DNA of 64,000 nt from Lytechinus pictus. Its lineage: Eukaryota. The position numbers were made by a program, and so were the translations under genes. Positions 25,309 through 38,862 of the stretch are shown one piece after another (position 1 is the stretch's first letter; every line of letters starts with the position of its first letter). Where the stretch lies: contig NC_087245.1 in NCBI RefSeq assembly GCF_037042905.1, positions 4,900,001 to 4,964,000 of the forward strand, read 5' to 3'. Under the pieces are notes generated by a model that saw only the letters and a program-made list of their open reading frames with translations, searched no databases and was not told the origin of the DNA.

Positions 25309-26567
25309 GTTCAATTTTTCTTCTTACAGTCAAAAGAGAGCTTTGAAAACAATATAAAATTAAAAGTTCATTACCTTTCTATTGAACTGAAAAAAGGTTG
25401 ACAAATAAAAAAATAAAAACTTGTAAAATTTTAAAGAGTTTTCAACAATGAAGGAAGTCCAGCCATTTTATTTGATTTAATCGAATGTCCCTATTATGAA
25501 GAAACAAAGAACAATTTTGTCAACTATTAACATTGTAGGGCCTATGCTATAAAAAAATCTCTGTGGAAAACTATTGCCTTTTATATGTATATTTCATAGG
25601 CGGATCCAGCTTTTGGCGAAAGGGGGGGGGGCGTACTGCCGAGCGGCGCACATATTTTTGCACTTCACCGGCGCCATAAAAGAAAATGTTGAAAAAGGGG
25701 TAAAGTCTGACCCTGTCAAATGCTCTTTTCAAAATGTAGGATTTCCAGTCATGCCATTTTGCATGACCACACGCAGATAATATTTCCGGGGGGGGGGGGG
25801 GCAAGACTCGAACATATTTTTGAAAAAAAAACGATAGAGTAAACGAACCGAGCTGCTCAATGGGGCGATTTTTTTTACAAGTGTAATTAAAGTATTTGGT
25901 GCACATCTCACATTTGCACGTTTTTCATAGTTTTCATGAAAATGTTAAGGAAAAAATGTGTTTTCACAACAGCTGATCGGGAATTTGCCCCCCCCCCGTT
26001 CCCCCTTGCTGCGTACGACCATTCCCTGAAGTCCACGTAAACATATCTCATTATAACAGAAAATATACATCAATCTTTCTAAAACATATATAGAGAGAGA
26101 TTGAAAAACTTATTAAAGAAAGAAACAAGCAAAAAGTAACACAAATTATGCATGTTATGTGCGATTTCAAAATCTCGTGTACTAACCCTTTATTGCGATG
26201 AGGCCAATACTTTTGTATATTAATTGAGATACAAGTTTTTTTAACTATATATATATGCAATGATACCACATCATGAATCATTTGGAATACATCACAAATC
26301 CAGGTTTATATATTATTCAATTTTCATGTACATGATGTATAGGCCTATATACAGAATTTGGTATTGATATATATATATATTATGGTGATGCTTTCACTAA
26401 ATCTAATGCAATTTGTAATGATGAGTAATTTTATCTAATTACTTTGATGAAACTGGATATAATGCTTGTGACCTGAACTCAGAAAGAGATCCTTAAAGAC
26501 AGAGCTTTGGAAATAGTTCTCCAGTTTTACAGGTATCGTTATCTTTGTTTTTGAATTCTTGTCCGGT

Positions 26568-27056
26568 CCCGATTTAGATATAGGTGGCGCTGATTATCCT
26601 TGATCGGCGCCGGTTAAGAACTCAGGCAGCGCAGATTTTTCTTTACCGGCGCCGATTTATAAAAGATTATTCTTGCCCGGCGCCGATTTAGATTTAGGTG
26701 GAGCTGATTATTCTTGATCGGTGCCGATTTAGGTTTAGGTGGCGCTGATTATCCTTGATCGGCGCCGGTTAAGAACTCAGGCAGCGCCGATTTTTCTTTA
26801 CCGGCGCCGATTTATAACCAGATGTCGCCGATTATTCTTGTCCGGTGCCGATTTATAACCAGATGTCGCCGATTTAGATTTAGGTGGCGCTGATTATCCT
26901 TGATCGGCGCCGGTTAAGACTCTGGCAGTGCCGATTTTAACCAAATGGCGCTGATTATTCTTGTCCGGCGCCGATTTAGATTTAGGTGGCGCTGATTATT
27001 CTTGATTGGCGCCAGTTATATGCAGGCAGCGCACTGCTGATTATTTTTAACCGGCG
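26568..27056. repeat. GC-rich minisatellite of about 20-bp ggcgcc-containing subunits with higher-order repeats
   Basis: ggtggcgctgattatccttgatcggcgccggttaag recurs at about 26583, 26738 and 26883. Confidence 0.85.
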
Positions 27057-28750
27057 AAGTTGTTGGGAAAAGGGTAGTTCAAAGAAAAGATAAGGATGAT
27101 GATATGATTGTGCTTTGCTGGGGGATAGTCTTTTACTGTTGCTAATATATCAGTGTATAATTTTTTTAAGCGGCGCCTTTTCTTTCCTTTATTTTTATTT
27201 TTTTAAGCGGCGTTATTTCTTTCTTTTACTTTTATTTTATTTTTGCTTCGGCGCCGCTCAAATATTAGGGGGGGGGGGCGTGCGCCCCCTGTGCCCCCCT
27301 GGATCCGCCACTGTATTTTTGAAAATAACTTACTTATGGAGAGTGATAACACGCATTATTAGTATGATGCCGATATTGTATTTGCAAGACTCATCACTCT
27401 ACATCAGGCGCGCCGGAACACTTTCAGTTTTTTTTTTTTTTTTTTTTTTTTTTGGGGGGGGGGTGGGGGCAAAATCCTGAAGAGGGCACAATATTTTTGA
27501 CAGCGTGAGGTACCGAAGCGATCGAGCGGGAGAGGGTGTGGGACCCCGGCCACGGTAAGGACTTTGTGTAAAAATGGAGTATAAAAGTTGCGTTTCTAAG
27601 AGCAATCAAAAAATATATTTCTTGAGAATTAAACATAGAATTCACTACGAAAGACTATACTCATAATTTATGAGAACCTATGAAATCTACGCGCAAAACA
27701 ATCGCTTCGGAATGTGGTTTTCATGTCTGATCAATTAAATTACGTATTGCGCTTATATTGACTCAAAATTCCAGAAATTACATTTTTCATGCAATATCCT
27801 TTCAGAAACATTTAGTTATGTACATTTACATACACAGACGACGCGAGAGAGCACAATCATCATAAGTTTCAAGTAATTCCTGTCAGAACAAGGAGTGTAT
27901 TAAGCAGAAGAAGCGTAACAACAGAAACAAAAGAAATTATAATGAATGTCTTTTCAAATTCAAAATGCCATACTGTTCTGACGTGGCAGACGTCGATAAG
28001 CACTTAAATCCCCATTCTATGCAAATCATTTCTGACATCAGCATTGATTATCCATGCATGGGCAATACGTTTCATATTTTGTAACTGGAGGAAAAAGAAA
28101 TATGACAAGCTTAATTGTCTAACAATTTAAAAATCATTAAAGTTTAAAACATTACTCGATTTATGTGTTTCCTTTTGCATGTTTTGTATGGCTGGGAAGC
28201 ACTTTTGGATGACTCCTTCAAAATCTTCTTTTTTCTTTACATATTTTCTGGGGAAAATGTGACCATAACAAATTCAAGGAAATATTCATTTGTAAATAAT
28301 CATTAACCGATTAACAAACTACCGCAGTTCATAATGTACATTATGTAACATTATTGAGAAAAAAACAATTACATTCAAATAGCGGATGTGGAGTTTTCGA
28401 AAAAGTGGATAGAGGAAAAAGTGAAATTGATAGGGGAGGAAGTGGACAGTTGATAGTCAAGTATTTTTTTTGTTTAAATGAGCGTAGTCCTGAAAAAGAC
28501 ATTAAACCAGAAAAGGTTGAAGAGTTGAAGAGGCTTGAGTAGTTGATAGATGAGTACTCCTGCTCTGCACTCCATTCGCCAACTCAAGCTAGCATCTTCT
28601 CATTTATCCAATAATCCAACTACTCAAGCCTCTTTAACTCTTTAACCTTTTCTGTTTTACAGTCATTTTCAGAACTACACACATTTTCAAGAAATATTAA
28701 TCTAGGACCTACTCTCAATCTTCCAATTTCTCTTCTATCAATTTTACTTC

Positions 28751-29321
28751 TGTTATGTGATGATAAGACCTATCTCACATATTCAATAATATATCAATAC
28801 ACAATCAATACTTCTACAGGAAGTATTACTCATCCTTCTTCCAGCTAAACTTCTGACGCACAAAATTTTATTGGTTTCTTATCCACTACATTTCATGTTC
28901 TCCCTAAAAGGTCAACTCCCACAATTCAGAGTAAAGTTATGACGTACATATTGTTTTGGTCAAGCGTCCAAGGTTGACCAACACCTGTTTGGTTGTAAAA
29001 GAGTCTAGACCAGACCAATATAAAAGGGGTTCACTTCTGAACCCAAATCAGATTACTTTAGAGATTGCAGATTGGTTTACAGAAAAGAGATAGGAGTTTA
29101 GAGCTACAGAAAAGTATACTACATCAATTTGCAACATTTATATTATCTTCATCCTCAGAGTATAGTCACCATCAGACTTACTCATGTACATTGTCATTAT
29201 CATCAAGTAATCATCTTTAAATAATAAATGTATTTATATGAACTGTACATCCTGCTTCGACTCGTCTCATTTAAGTCTGGTTGAAAATAAAAGCGCATAT
29301 CGATCCAACCCCAACACAACA
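28751..29321 (+). mobile_element. Solo LTR (4-bp TSD, Gypsy-like)
   Basis: cttc|TGTTATGTG...CACAACA|cttc; internal CCAAT and TATAAAA near 29015-29026; AATAAA near the 3' end. Confidence 0.85.
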
Positions 29322-30442
29322 CTTCTTCGGAAGAAGTAAAATTGATAGGCGAGAAATTGGAAGATTGAGAGTATAGGTCCTAGAGTAATATGCTCGAGTA
29401 TAGCGTTCACGCACGTTAGGCAGTCTTGTAGCTGAAACTCAGTGAAGGAACTATTTTATTCAAACAATATTTTTATCCCTTATTTATCTCTGTACTGTTG
29501 AGGATATCTCAAATGTTACTTGATGAAAATTCACCAAATTTTGCAGTTTTTAAATTGTGCTTGAATTCAACTATTCAGGAATTCATAAGGAGCCATAAAG
29601 ATGGCTCCTTGTGGAGCAAAAAAATCTACTTTCGAGCAGAGAGGCTGTGGAGCTAAAAATAAAGGCAAGGAGAGTTTTGCTGTGATTGCGAAGATGCTGG
29701 ACTGGTTTTTTAAAGTGGGTTAACTCATAATGGGCTACAGAAAAGCGACCTGCATGGCCCCACCTCCTTCGAGAGAAAAAGGGATGTGATCAGAAAACAA
29801 AAATGAATTTTGCAGGTAAACAAGAAAACCAAGCTTTGATGAGGGATAAGGTTGGCAAGGAGAGCGAAAATTGGCAAATTGTTAAACAAAAGTGACAGAG
29901 ACAATAATCTTTAGGTATGTCTTGCTTTAATTGTCTTGAATAAAAATTTATTCATTGAAATGCCACTTTATAATACAGGATTATGGCGAGGGACATCAAT
30001 TATGACACACGCTATATACAAATATGTATGTAATCATTTTATTAATATCATCATTCACATTTCTACTTCTTTATTAATTTATAGCACATTGTCCTTTGTT
30101 GTCAGATTTCCTTGTTTGTTTATAAATGTGCACTATTAGCAAAGTAGTAGAAAATGACAATTATGATTAAAAAAATGATGATACTATATATTAAGGAGTA
30201 TTAGAAATTACAATTCTAAATTTATAATAATGATAAAATACGAACGGCAAAGACAATATTATCAACAATAATGATGATTATACAAACTAGGTTAATTACG
30301 ATAAATTCGAATACCTTTAAGTAACTATAAGTTTAACTTGGGCTATAATATTGTATTTTGTATGTGCTTACAGTCCTGATGAAGATCACTAATAAATGAG
30401 GACATAGAAGCTACGATCGCCTCATAGCCAATTTTTTCCATG

Positions 30443-30593
<151 letters not shown>

Positions 30594-31004
30594 TGAACAT
30601 GACTTTTGAATTTATATACAATGCCTCCTTTTTCATTAAAGCGTGAATGGATACTACAGGAATGAAATAAAACGATTCGTAATTTAAAGGAGCACGCTTT
30701 AATTAATATGTATAATACTTGTGATTCACATGCTCTTTCCAAATAAACCAGTAGATAGATGAGTCACTCATTCAAATTGCTAGTAATGGAAGGTGGTGAA
30801 ATTTGAAGGGAAAAATAAAAGAAGTCAACATATCTTTATACAAATTATTAGGTTCATCAGGATTGTGATATTCTATGTGTATAACGAACTATATAAAGTA
30901 CTTTAAAAATACTTTAAAGCAATATGGCTGTGACAAAGCCATGACTGGTAAGTGGAGCGGCAAGAAATATTATAGTATACAGCAGAGATATAGAAAGGAC
31001 TTAC

Positions 31005-31330
31005 TGCGATGAGGACTCTAGAACTCTGGCGATTTGCTCTCCGTTACTGCTTGATGTGCCAATGTCTGCTGGATCTTCCTGTGTTTTGAAAAGGTGGATG
31101 CCAACATTTATAACAATCAAATCAGATTGCATCCCCAGAGTATATCAAACTTTGAATTTTGATTGGATCAAAGAGCAGTATAATTTGTCTACCAAGGTCA
31201 TGGATGATCAATTGACATTTAACCAATCAGGTGTATGGATGAGATTTTGTCTGGTTTAAATGGAACCAAGCCCCGCCCAAATTCAGAAGGATACGTGGCC
31301 ACAGGTAGGATGATAGATTATGATTGGTTG
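31005..31330 (-). promoter_or_regulatory. Candidate promoter and non-coding first exon, probably of the kringle gene
   Basis: Minus-strand TATAAA (31112-31107), CCAAT boxes (about 31161, 31223, 31322) and GC box (about 31271-31278); about 78-nt exon ending in donor |gtaagt at 31004. Confidence 0.55.
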
Positions 31331-32042
31331 AAGGAAGGATTCGAGTCCCGCTCTTTCATGGAAGGCCGATCATATATCTTTTTTTCATCTATAGAGCCAC
31401 CTCCCATGGAGTCGCAATCACCTCCGTGTATATACTTCTATGCAAACCGGGACTATAGAACATAAAATAAAAATGTTCCTGGTGCCATGGCTGCTGATCG
31501 AGTCCCGCCTTGCGTCTTGAATGTAGCTACGTGTTATGAATAGCATTCAACATTTTACTCTTATATCGCATTGGTCTGCGATAAACACCTGTATGAATGT
31601 AGAATCCCTATGCCATGTGATTGTGTAGCAATCTAGGTGAAAGGGCTTGATAGAAAATGTAAAATTGTAGAAAGGATTTGTTTTTCTTGTATAACCAGGG
31701 CCGTCGCTAACTCTCGTCGGTAAATCTGCGCGGCCGTCGGGTATAAAAATGAAGAAAAGGGGGGAGAGAGAGAGGGAAAAAGAACACTTCCAAAACTCAT
31801 TGTCCTGTGACGTCTCTAGGGCCTCCACCCCCCCCCCCCCGGAAAAGCCCTACAGTTTCGCTGAATGGCATAACCAGCAAAAAGCTACTTCGTGCATTAT
31901 CACCCATTCTCTACAATACGTCAGTGCTCGTCGCCCAGTTATTAAAAAATACCAGGGTCCCGTATACTAACACAAGTTAACTAGCGATTAATCGCTAAAT
32001 GAAGTGGCCTATAAGACGATCATCGTTGCATAGGCATTTCGC

Positions 32043-34667
32043 CAGTAGCGTAACAGGCGGGGGGCAGGGGGGTAAGCTGCCCCCCCCCCCCCCGGCGGAT
32101 TTCACCGGGGGAAAAACGGGGAAAAGAGAAAAGGGAGAAAGACAAAAAGAAAGAAAAAAGAGAAAAAGGACAAAGGAAAGGGAAAGGGAAAGGGAAAAAA
32201 CTGAAAAGGAAGGGACAGAAAGACGGAACATAAATAGAGAAAATGGAAGTAAAGCGGGAAAAGGAACGAAATAAAATTCAAATTTTGAGAAAGTACAAAA
32301 TATCCCGAAATACAAATACATTAGCATGATTAGCAAGAGAGAGATATGAAATCAAAAGATATTACTCAATGGCACAGGCAAGAATGGCGGGAAAGTTGGA
32401 TAAAGACGCAAAAAGAAACGGAAAATGAAGGTAGAGCTAAAAGCTAAATTGAAAAATCAGAATAATTATGAAGAAAAGGGACAAGAAAAAAGAAGAAGTT
32501 AATAACACTACCGGGCTGCCGATGATGAAAAAATATTAAGAACTGGAAAAAAAGGTGGATGGCCTATATTATAAGCTTAATTGCTAAATTTTATGCATTA
32601 ATGGTCGCAATCAGGACAAAAAAAGTACAGCCAAGGGCTAGTTATACATGTAAATATCCCCCATGTCGATCATAAGAGCTTTACGCCTGCTAGATTTACC
32701 GTAAAAAGTCTCTCAAAATTTCAAAATCTTTTTATAAAAGGCCAAATTTTTCTGGCTCGCTTCGCTCGCAGGCGACTATTTACAAATTTTTACCACATTC
32801 GCTATGTTGTGCTGCCACAAAATATTTTGTTTATTATTTACAACTGCTTTGAAGTTATGTGCTGTGTGTGTACCCGCGGTTTGATAATAAAATGGCCATC
32901 TGCAATGTTTAATAATATCACGGGGTTGCGGGGGCAACGGCACCAAGAGGGAGGCACGGGGGTATTTTCCCCCAGTGAGTTGGCCCCCACTTGCTCCCAC
33001 CCCCCCCCCGAAATTTTGAAGATAAAAAAGATGCGCAGTTAATGTTGTCATAAGCATCCTATTAAACCTGCAAAGTGCTCCAAAACGGCTTTTCGTTCTT
33101 TAAGTTTTGAAAATTTTCTCATCCATTCATTGTTAGCTCTGTTAGCTCCCAACTGTGACCCAACATTATATGTCAACGTAAATCTTTCAGGTCATTATAT
33201 AATATTCAAAATTTCGCCCGCGCTACGCGCTCGCATGTAACTGTTGACTGAGATAAGTAAATTATAAGGCATAAAAATCCAGTGTTCAAGGCAATATGAT
33301 TCTCGTTTTCATTATTCGTTTAAAGCGAGATACACATCTTGCGTATTCATAATTTTCATAAATCACAAACTATACGCTCGCATCAATAATATTGTTTTAT
33401 TTCGATAGCCATCCAGTTAATGATAACAAAAAGTGCTTAGAACGTCCAGTTATCATCTCAGGATATCAAAAAATTTCAGCTCGCGCTTCGCGTTCGCATT
33501 ATTTTGGTGAAATATAATCTTCATGATCCAATATAAACAGCTTGTCCTTATCAGGTCCCTTTTCAAGTCAGTGGTGCCTACATTGAAAAAATTAGCTCAC
33601 GCGTCTCGCTTGATTTAGTGAAATAGGCAAAATATTGTGCTGCCCTCCAAAAATGTTCTTTTTCCTCCCTTTACGTTAACAAGCCGCCACTGCCCTGGAC
33701 CCAATCCGCATAGCGGCCCCCAAAAGTTCTACAAACAAGAACAAAAAAGAAAAGATGAAAGGAAAGGAAGATGTTAGATATGATGCTATTTTCTGAATAC
33801 CTTGTCAAAATCAATCTCAAAGTTAGATTCTCATGAAAAGGTGATTTTGTGATTTTTTCCTCGCTCGCTTCGCTCGCTCTGGACTTAAAGGGGAATCCAA
33901 CCCAAATTAAAACTTTTTTTTTAAGGAAAAGAAAATTCGGACAAGTTGATAGGTGAAAGTTTGAACAATATTGGACAAACAACAAGAAAGTTATGAATTT
34001 TTGAAAGTTGTAAATATTGGTAATCACTATACCCATGGAGACTTCAAATTGGCCGCATATGGGATGTCATAGTGATGTAAGGCAAGGACTACTCTTTCAT
34101 GTACTCCAATACATATTATGGGTAAAATGTCATTTTTCCTAAAAGTTTTATTTCAAATTATATTTTTCTTTCATGAGGACATAAAATAAAATACTACCTG
34201 GGTTATATTTAGATTACTGCCCCAGGGGAATGGGTACTTAGGAGAAAACCACAAATCCCTGATAATAAAGCACATGGCCTATGGGAAAGTTGTCCTTGCC
34301 CCTTGTCATATAATTTACTTCCCCAGTTGCCAATTTGAAATCTACATAGTATTAGTGATCTCAATTTTAAAACAGCTATAACTTTCTTATTGCTTGTCTG
34401 ATTTCTTTCAAACTTTCACCATTCTGTTTAATTCATTTTTCTTCTTCCCATCACAACATTTTATGGCCAAGGCTGGATTTTCCTTTAACTCTGCCGCGCG
34501 CGTTATGCTGTGCCCTCTCCTTTTTGTACCTATCACGCATTGAGCTGCTTCGCCCACATGCTCGGGCACAATCATAAAAATCCTGTTCATACCATGATAT
34601 GACCGGGAAATTTTTGGCTCTTGCCCCCCCCCCCCCCCCCCGACCACCGACCCCTGTTACGCCCCTG
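32043..34667. mobile_element. Non-autonomous hAT-like element, copy 1
   Basis: TIR cagtagcgtaacagg / cctgttacgcccctg; 8-bp TSD catttcgc / cattttgc (1 mismatch); gctcgcttcgctcgc subrepeats. Confidence 0.85.
33889..34484. mobile_element. Kolobok-type MITE, about 595-bp family, inside hAT copy 1
   Basis: ttaa|aggggaatccaaccc...ggctggattttcct|ttaa. Confidence 0.9.
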
Positions 34668-36147
34668 CATTTTGCTCAGTAGACTGACTAGAAACCAATC
34701 AGAACTGTTCTTTCAAATTAGCGATTAATCGCTAACCTTCGTGTTGCGGGGCCCACTGATTGTCACTGATACACTCAAATAACAATCGCTCGAATGCGAT
34801 GCTCACTCGGAGAATTCTATTGATGCTGTAACGGACCTTCGGCCTGGGTCTTTTCATCCTGTTTCTTTTGACGGTTTATTTGACCTTCTTTATTATTTTA
34901 ATGTGGAAATCTCATTCCTTTCTTAATCTCCCTACTATGAGATTAAGTTACCCCTTTCCCTTGTCAGTTACTTCGTTCTCATTTTATGTATGTACATGAC
35001 TGTAAATACCCTCTGATAGTATCATCTAAATATGTTACATCTGACTTCAGTTTCCTGGTGGAGGGCTGGGCAGGCCGGAGCTCAAAATTTATTTTTACCG
35101 AAATGCTATTCTTTGTTAAATCATTTTTATCATAATTTTCATGATAATAATTGGTGTGAATTTTCCTCCAATATCTGTAATATTTTACCATTTTCACACC
35201 ATACATTCCATTAGTTTTAAAGTTGCATATCTGGGAGCACCTCTACCCACACCTGATGGAACTTTGCACCTTTTCATTCAACAGAGACTTAAAAAAACAT
35301 TTAATGGTGCCTCACGTCTTACATATTATATGCAAAGTGATTTAATGATAGTATTTGAAAACATCCATTCTTTCTGATGGCTTAGTCGATCAACTCTTGC
35401 GAAAATTTGCCACCAAAATGCAAAATGTGTCAAACATACAACCCCTCGACATAGTTCTTCATTACTCAAACGTGTTCAAACGAAAGTAGCTTTCAGACAT
35501 GTCAGAGTCAGGATACGTAAGCATACCTGCACATATAGCTAAAGTTAGTAAACAATCATTTTTTGAGCATACGGTTGCGAAACAGGAAATGCAATTGTAA
35601 TTGCATATATCTGCCAAAAGTGCTGAATTTCATTTCAGAATAATTAGTTTTGAAGGTCAACCTAGTTGATGACATGTTTGCTTCGATATATTCATGAAAT
35701 TGTTTATTGATACTTACAATGACTCTTTTCCTTACATGGAAAATCAGGACAAACGTAAAAGGAATGATAAACCATGGTTTGATAATGAATTAAAGGGGAA
35801 TCCAACCCATATAAAAACTTGTTTTTATAGGGAAAAGAAAAATCAGACAAGTTGATAGGTGAAACTTTGAACAATATTGGACAAACAACAAGAAAGTTAT
35901 GAATTTTTTAAAGTTGTAAATATTGGTAATCACTATACTCATGGAGACTTCAAATTGGCCGCATATGGGATGTCATAGTGATGTAAGGCAAGGACTACTC
36001 TTCCATGTACTCCAATTCATATTATGGCTAAAATGTCATTTTTCCCAAAAGTTTTATTTCAAATTACATTTTTCTCTCATGAGGACATAAAACAATATAC
36101 TACCCGAGTTATATTTAGATTACTGCCCCAGGGGAGTGGGTACTAAG

Positions 36148-37886
36148 CAGTGGCGTAACAGGCGGGGGGGGGGGGGCAGGGGGGGGGGCAAGCTGCCCCC
36201 CCTGGCGGATTTCACCGGGAAAATATTTAAAAAAAAGGGGAAAATAAAAAAAAGGGAGGGAGAAAGAAAGGGAAAGGGGGAGGAAAGGGGAAAAGGAAAG
36301 GAGGAAAGGGAAAGGGAAAAAGAAAACGAAGATTTTTTTTTTTGAAATGGAAAAGGAAAAAAAGCGGGAAAATGTACGAAAGAAGAACATTCGACAAAGA
36401 ACAAATCATTCCGTAATAGGCTTATGTAATGCAGTAGCTTGATGGGAAATAAATTAAAATATGACAAAATGACAAACAATAGCGGGAAACGAAGGAAGAA
36501 TGGAATTAGTCAAAAGCTAAATTAGAAAACAAACAAAAGGGACAAGAAAAAAAAAATAACACGACCGGGCTGCCGAGGATTGAAAATAAAGAGCGGGAAG
36601 AAAGATGAACTGCACGCAACATTGTGCTATAAGCTTGCTAAATTTTATGCAAAGCAGTAGGGGCTCTTCATCTATAACCATAAAATGGCTCTATAACGCC
36701 CCTGTTCAATCACGTTCAATCACTGGCGTACAGGCGCGGGGAGGGGGGGGGGGGGGGGTCTTGGTTCCACACCCAAGAGGAAATGAAATAAATTATACAG
36801 GAGACAACGTATAATAAAATGAATGGAAACAATGAAATGTGTTATTTGCTGTCAGCATTGCTGAATATAATGGAAAAATCTATCACATAATTAGAATTCA
36901 ATTTCAATAGGCAATTTTCCAGCTCGCTTAGCACGCTGGCGACTTTTAACAAATTCAATTCAATTCAATTTACTCACATCCATTAAAAAGGTACAATATA
37001 CAATATTATATGAACAATAAAAAACAATACATAAAAAATCAATATAATGACAAATAGAAAGAGTAGAACCAACATGCAGTGGATGTAGGATGTAAATTTT
37101 CCCACAATGCTATGTTTTACCACCTCAAATATTTGGTTCATTACGCAACTGGGTTGAATAAATGTGTTGTGTAAAAGCTATATTCTGTATATACTCGCGA
37201 TTTGATTAAAATAGCGGCAATCTGCGAGGTTTAAATGGCTTTGATATCAAGAAGTTCCGGGGGGGGCTCCGCCCCGGACCCCAACCGCACAGCACTGCCA
37301 TATTTGAGTATGGAAGGGTTAAGCCATTGGCCCCCAAAAGTTCTACAAACAAGAACAAAAAAGAAGGAGGAAAGAAAAGCAAAGGAAAAGTGTAGGATAT
37401 CATTTTATTTACTGAATATAATTTCAAAAATATCTCAAAGGTAGATTCTCATGAAAAAGGGGATTTTTTCTCGCTCGCTTCGCTCGCTCGGGACTTATAT
37501 TAAGCAGCTTTTTAGCACATGTGTCATACTGCGCCCCTCGTTTTTTTACTCTTCACGCTACTGCCGCAAAGAATCCTGTTCACAGTGGCGTTCAGACCAC
37601 AAAAAAAGAATGGAAGAGAGAAGAGTGAAATATATTATTTTCTGGATATCGATCATTTCAAAATCTATCACAAAAATTGGATTTCTATGTATAAAAAAAG
37701 GTAAAAAATTTTGCTCGCTCGCTTCGCTCGCTCGCAACTTTAAAAAAAAAATTCTGCCCTATACGCAATATCTGGCCCTCTCAAAATAGTCGCCTCATTA
37801 CACCATTACGCCTGTTCATACCATGATATGACCGGGACATTTTTGGCTCTTGCCCCCCCTGGCCACCGACCCCTGTTACGCCGCTG
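36148..37886. mobile_element. Non-autonomous hAT-like element, copy 2
   Basis: TIR cagtggcgtaacagg / cctgttacgccgctg; perfect 8-bp TSD gtactaag at 36140-36147 and 37887-37894. Confidence 0.92.
36953..37093 (-). mobile_element. Short 3' stub of a LINE with (TTGAA)n tail
   Basis: attcaattcaattcaattt tail on the plus strand; segment absent from the homologous position in hAT copy 1 (about 32775-32800). Confidence 0.6.
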
Positions 37887-38413
37887 GTACTAAGGAGAAA
37901 ACCACAAATCCCTGATGATAACGTACATGGCCTATGGGAAAGTTGTCCTTGCCCCTTGTCATAATTTCTTACCCAGTTGCCAATTTGAAATCTACATAGT
38001 ATTAGTGATCTCAATTCTAAAGCAGCTATAACTTTCTTATTGCTTGTCCGATTTCTTTCAAACTTTCACCATTCTGTTTAATTTATTTTTCTCCTTCCCA
38101 ACACAACATTTTGTGGCCAAGGCTGAATTCCCCTTTAAGAAAATTGTGCAATAAGAAAAACTTATTTTACCGTAAATACCTCAAGAATCCATCACCTTAC
38201 AGAAGAAGTGTATATATAAATTATAGAAACAAGGTTACAAACGAAGTACGTACTAGAAAACGTAATTATTATTTTAACAAATTTAATGATGTAAAAAGAG
38301 ATGTCAAATCAACATGGAATGTTATCAATGAATTATTCAATAGAACCAGAGGTAAAGTGCAATGTGACCTGATTGAAAGCAATGGTCTAGTGATTTCCGA
38401 TACGCAGAGTATA

Positions 38414-38862
38414 GACCAGTTCGTAGTTACTCATGGACAATTTCGGTCAAATTACCTTTCATTTCTTTCATTATGATAGGCAGATTTCAAAGCAAAATAT
38501 TACGTAAGCTTGCCTTACATAGCAGGATGAAGAAATTGAATAGACCAGGTGACTAGAATAGCACACCAATGAACACTTTATGAAGGTATTTGTTGCATTC
38601 CTACTTTGAATGCATATCATAGCATGTTGCACAATGTACTTGGCAAACTGTGAAAACCAGTCGTTCGTGGACGCGTTGTTGTTTTTTGTGGATGTAAATG
38701 AAAACCACAATTCAAAAGAATATATGAATATAAATCAAGACATCAAAGTTGGTGCTTATCTCATTAGATTTTAAACCACCATGTCACTTTAGTACAAATG
38801 ACCTTCCTCTGATCATGCGTAGAATCTTTTGATCATGCGCAGAAAGGAACTACGAACTGGCT
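38414..38862. mobile_element. Small TIR element interrupting the LINE
   Basis: ccagttcgtagtt (38416-38428) / aactacgaactgg (38848-38860); LINE reading SDTQSI...NSFNSYFSSVG resumes after it. Confidence 0.75.

Larger units (their letters stand above)
31955..34754. mobile_element. Small gggccc-ended MITE split by the hAT-like insertion
   Basis: Left gggtcccg...tagcgattaatcgctaa and right ttagcgattaatcgctaa...gcggggccc. Confidence 0.6.
35794..38134. mobile_element. Kolobok-type MITE (same family) split by hAT copy 2
   Basis: ttaa|aggggaatccaaccc ... ggctgaattcccct|ttaa; the halves rejoin at the duplicated gtactaag. Confidence 0.9.

Noticed and set aside
26568..27056. CRISPR-like array or repetitive protein
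   Set aside because: No constant repeat with unique spacers, no cas genes, eukaryotic context, and frames are broken by stops.
27332..27400. Extra minus-strand exon of the kringle gene (donor gtaagt)
   Set aside because: Weak acceptor, flanked by repeats and not needed for the CDS; could only be a UTR exon.
31995..36479. K/E/G-rich and F/P/S-rich ORFs
   Set aside because: Translations of purine-rich low-complexity tracts inside the hAT-like elements.
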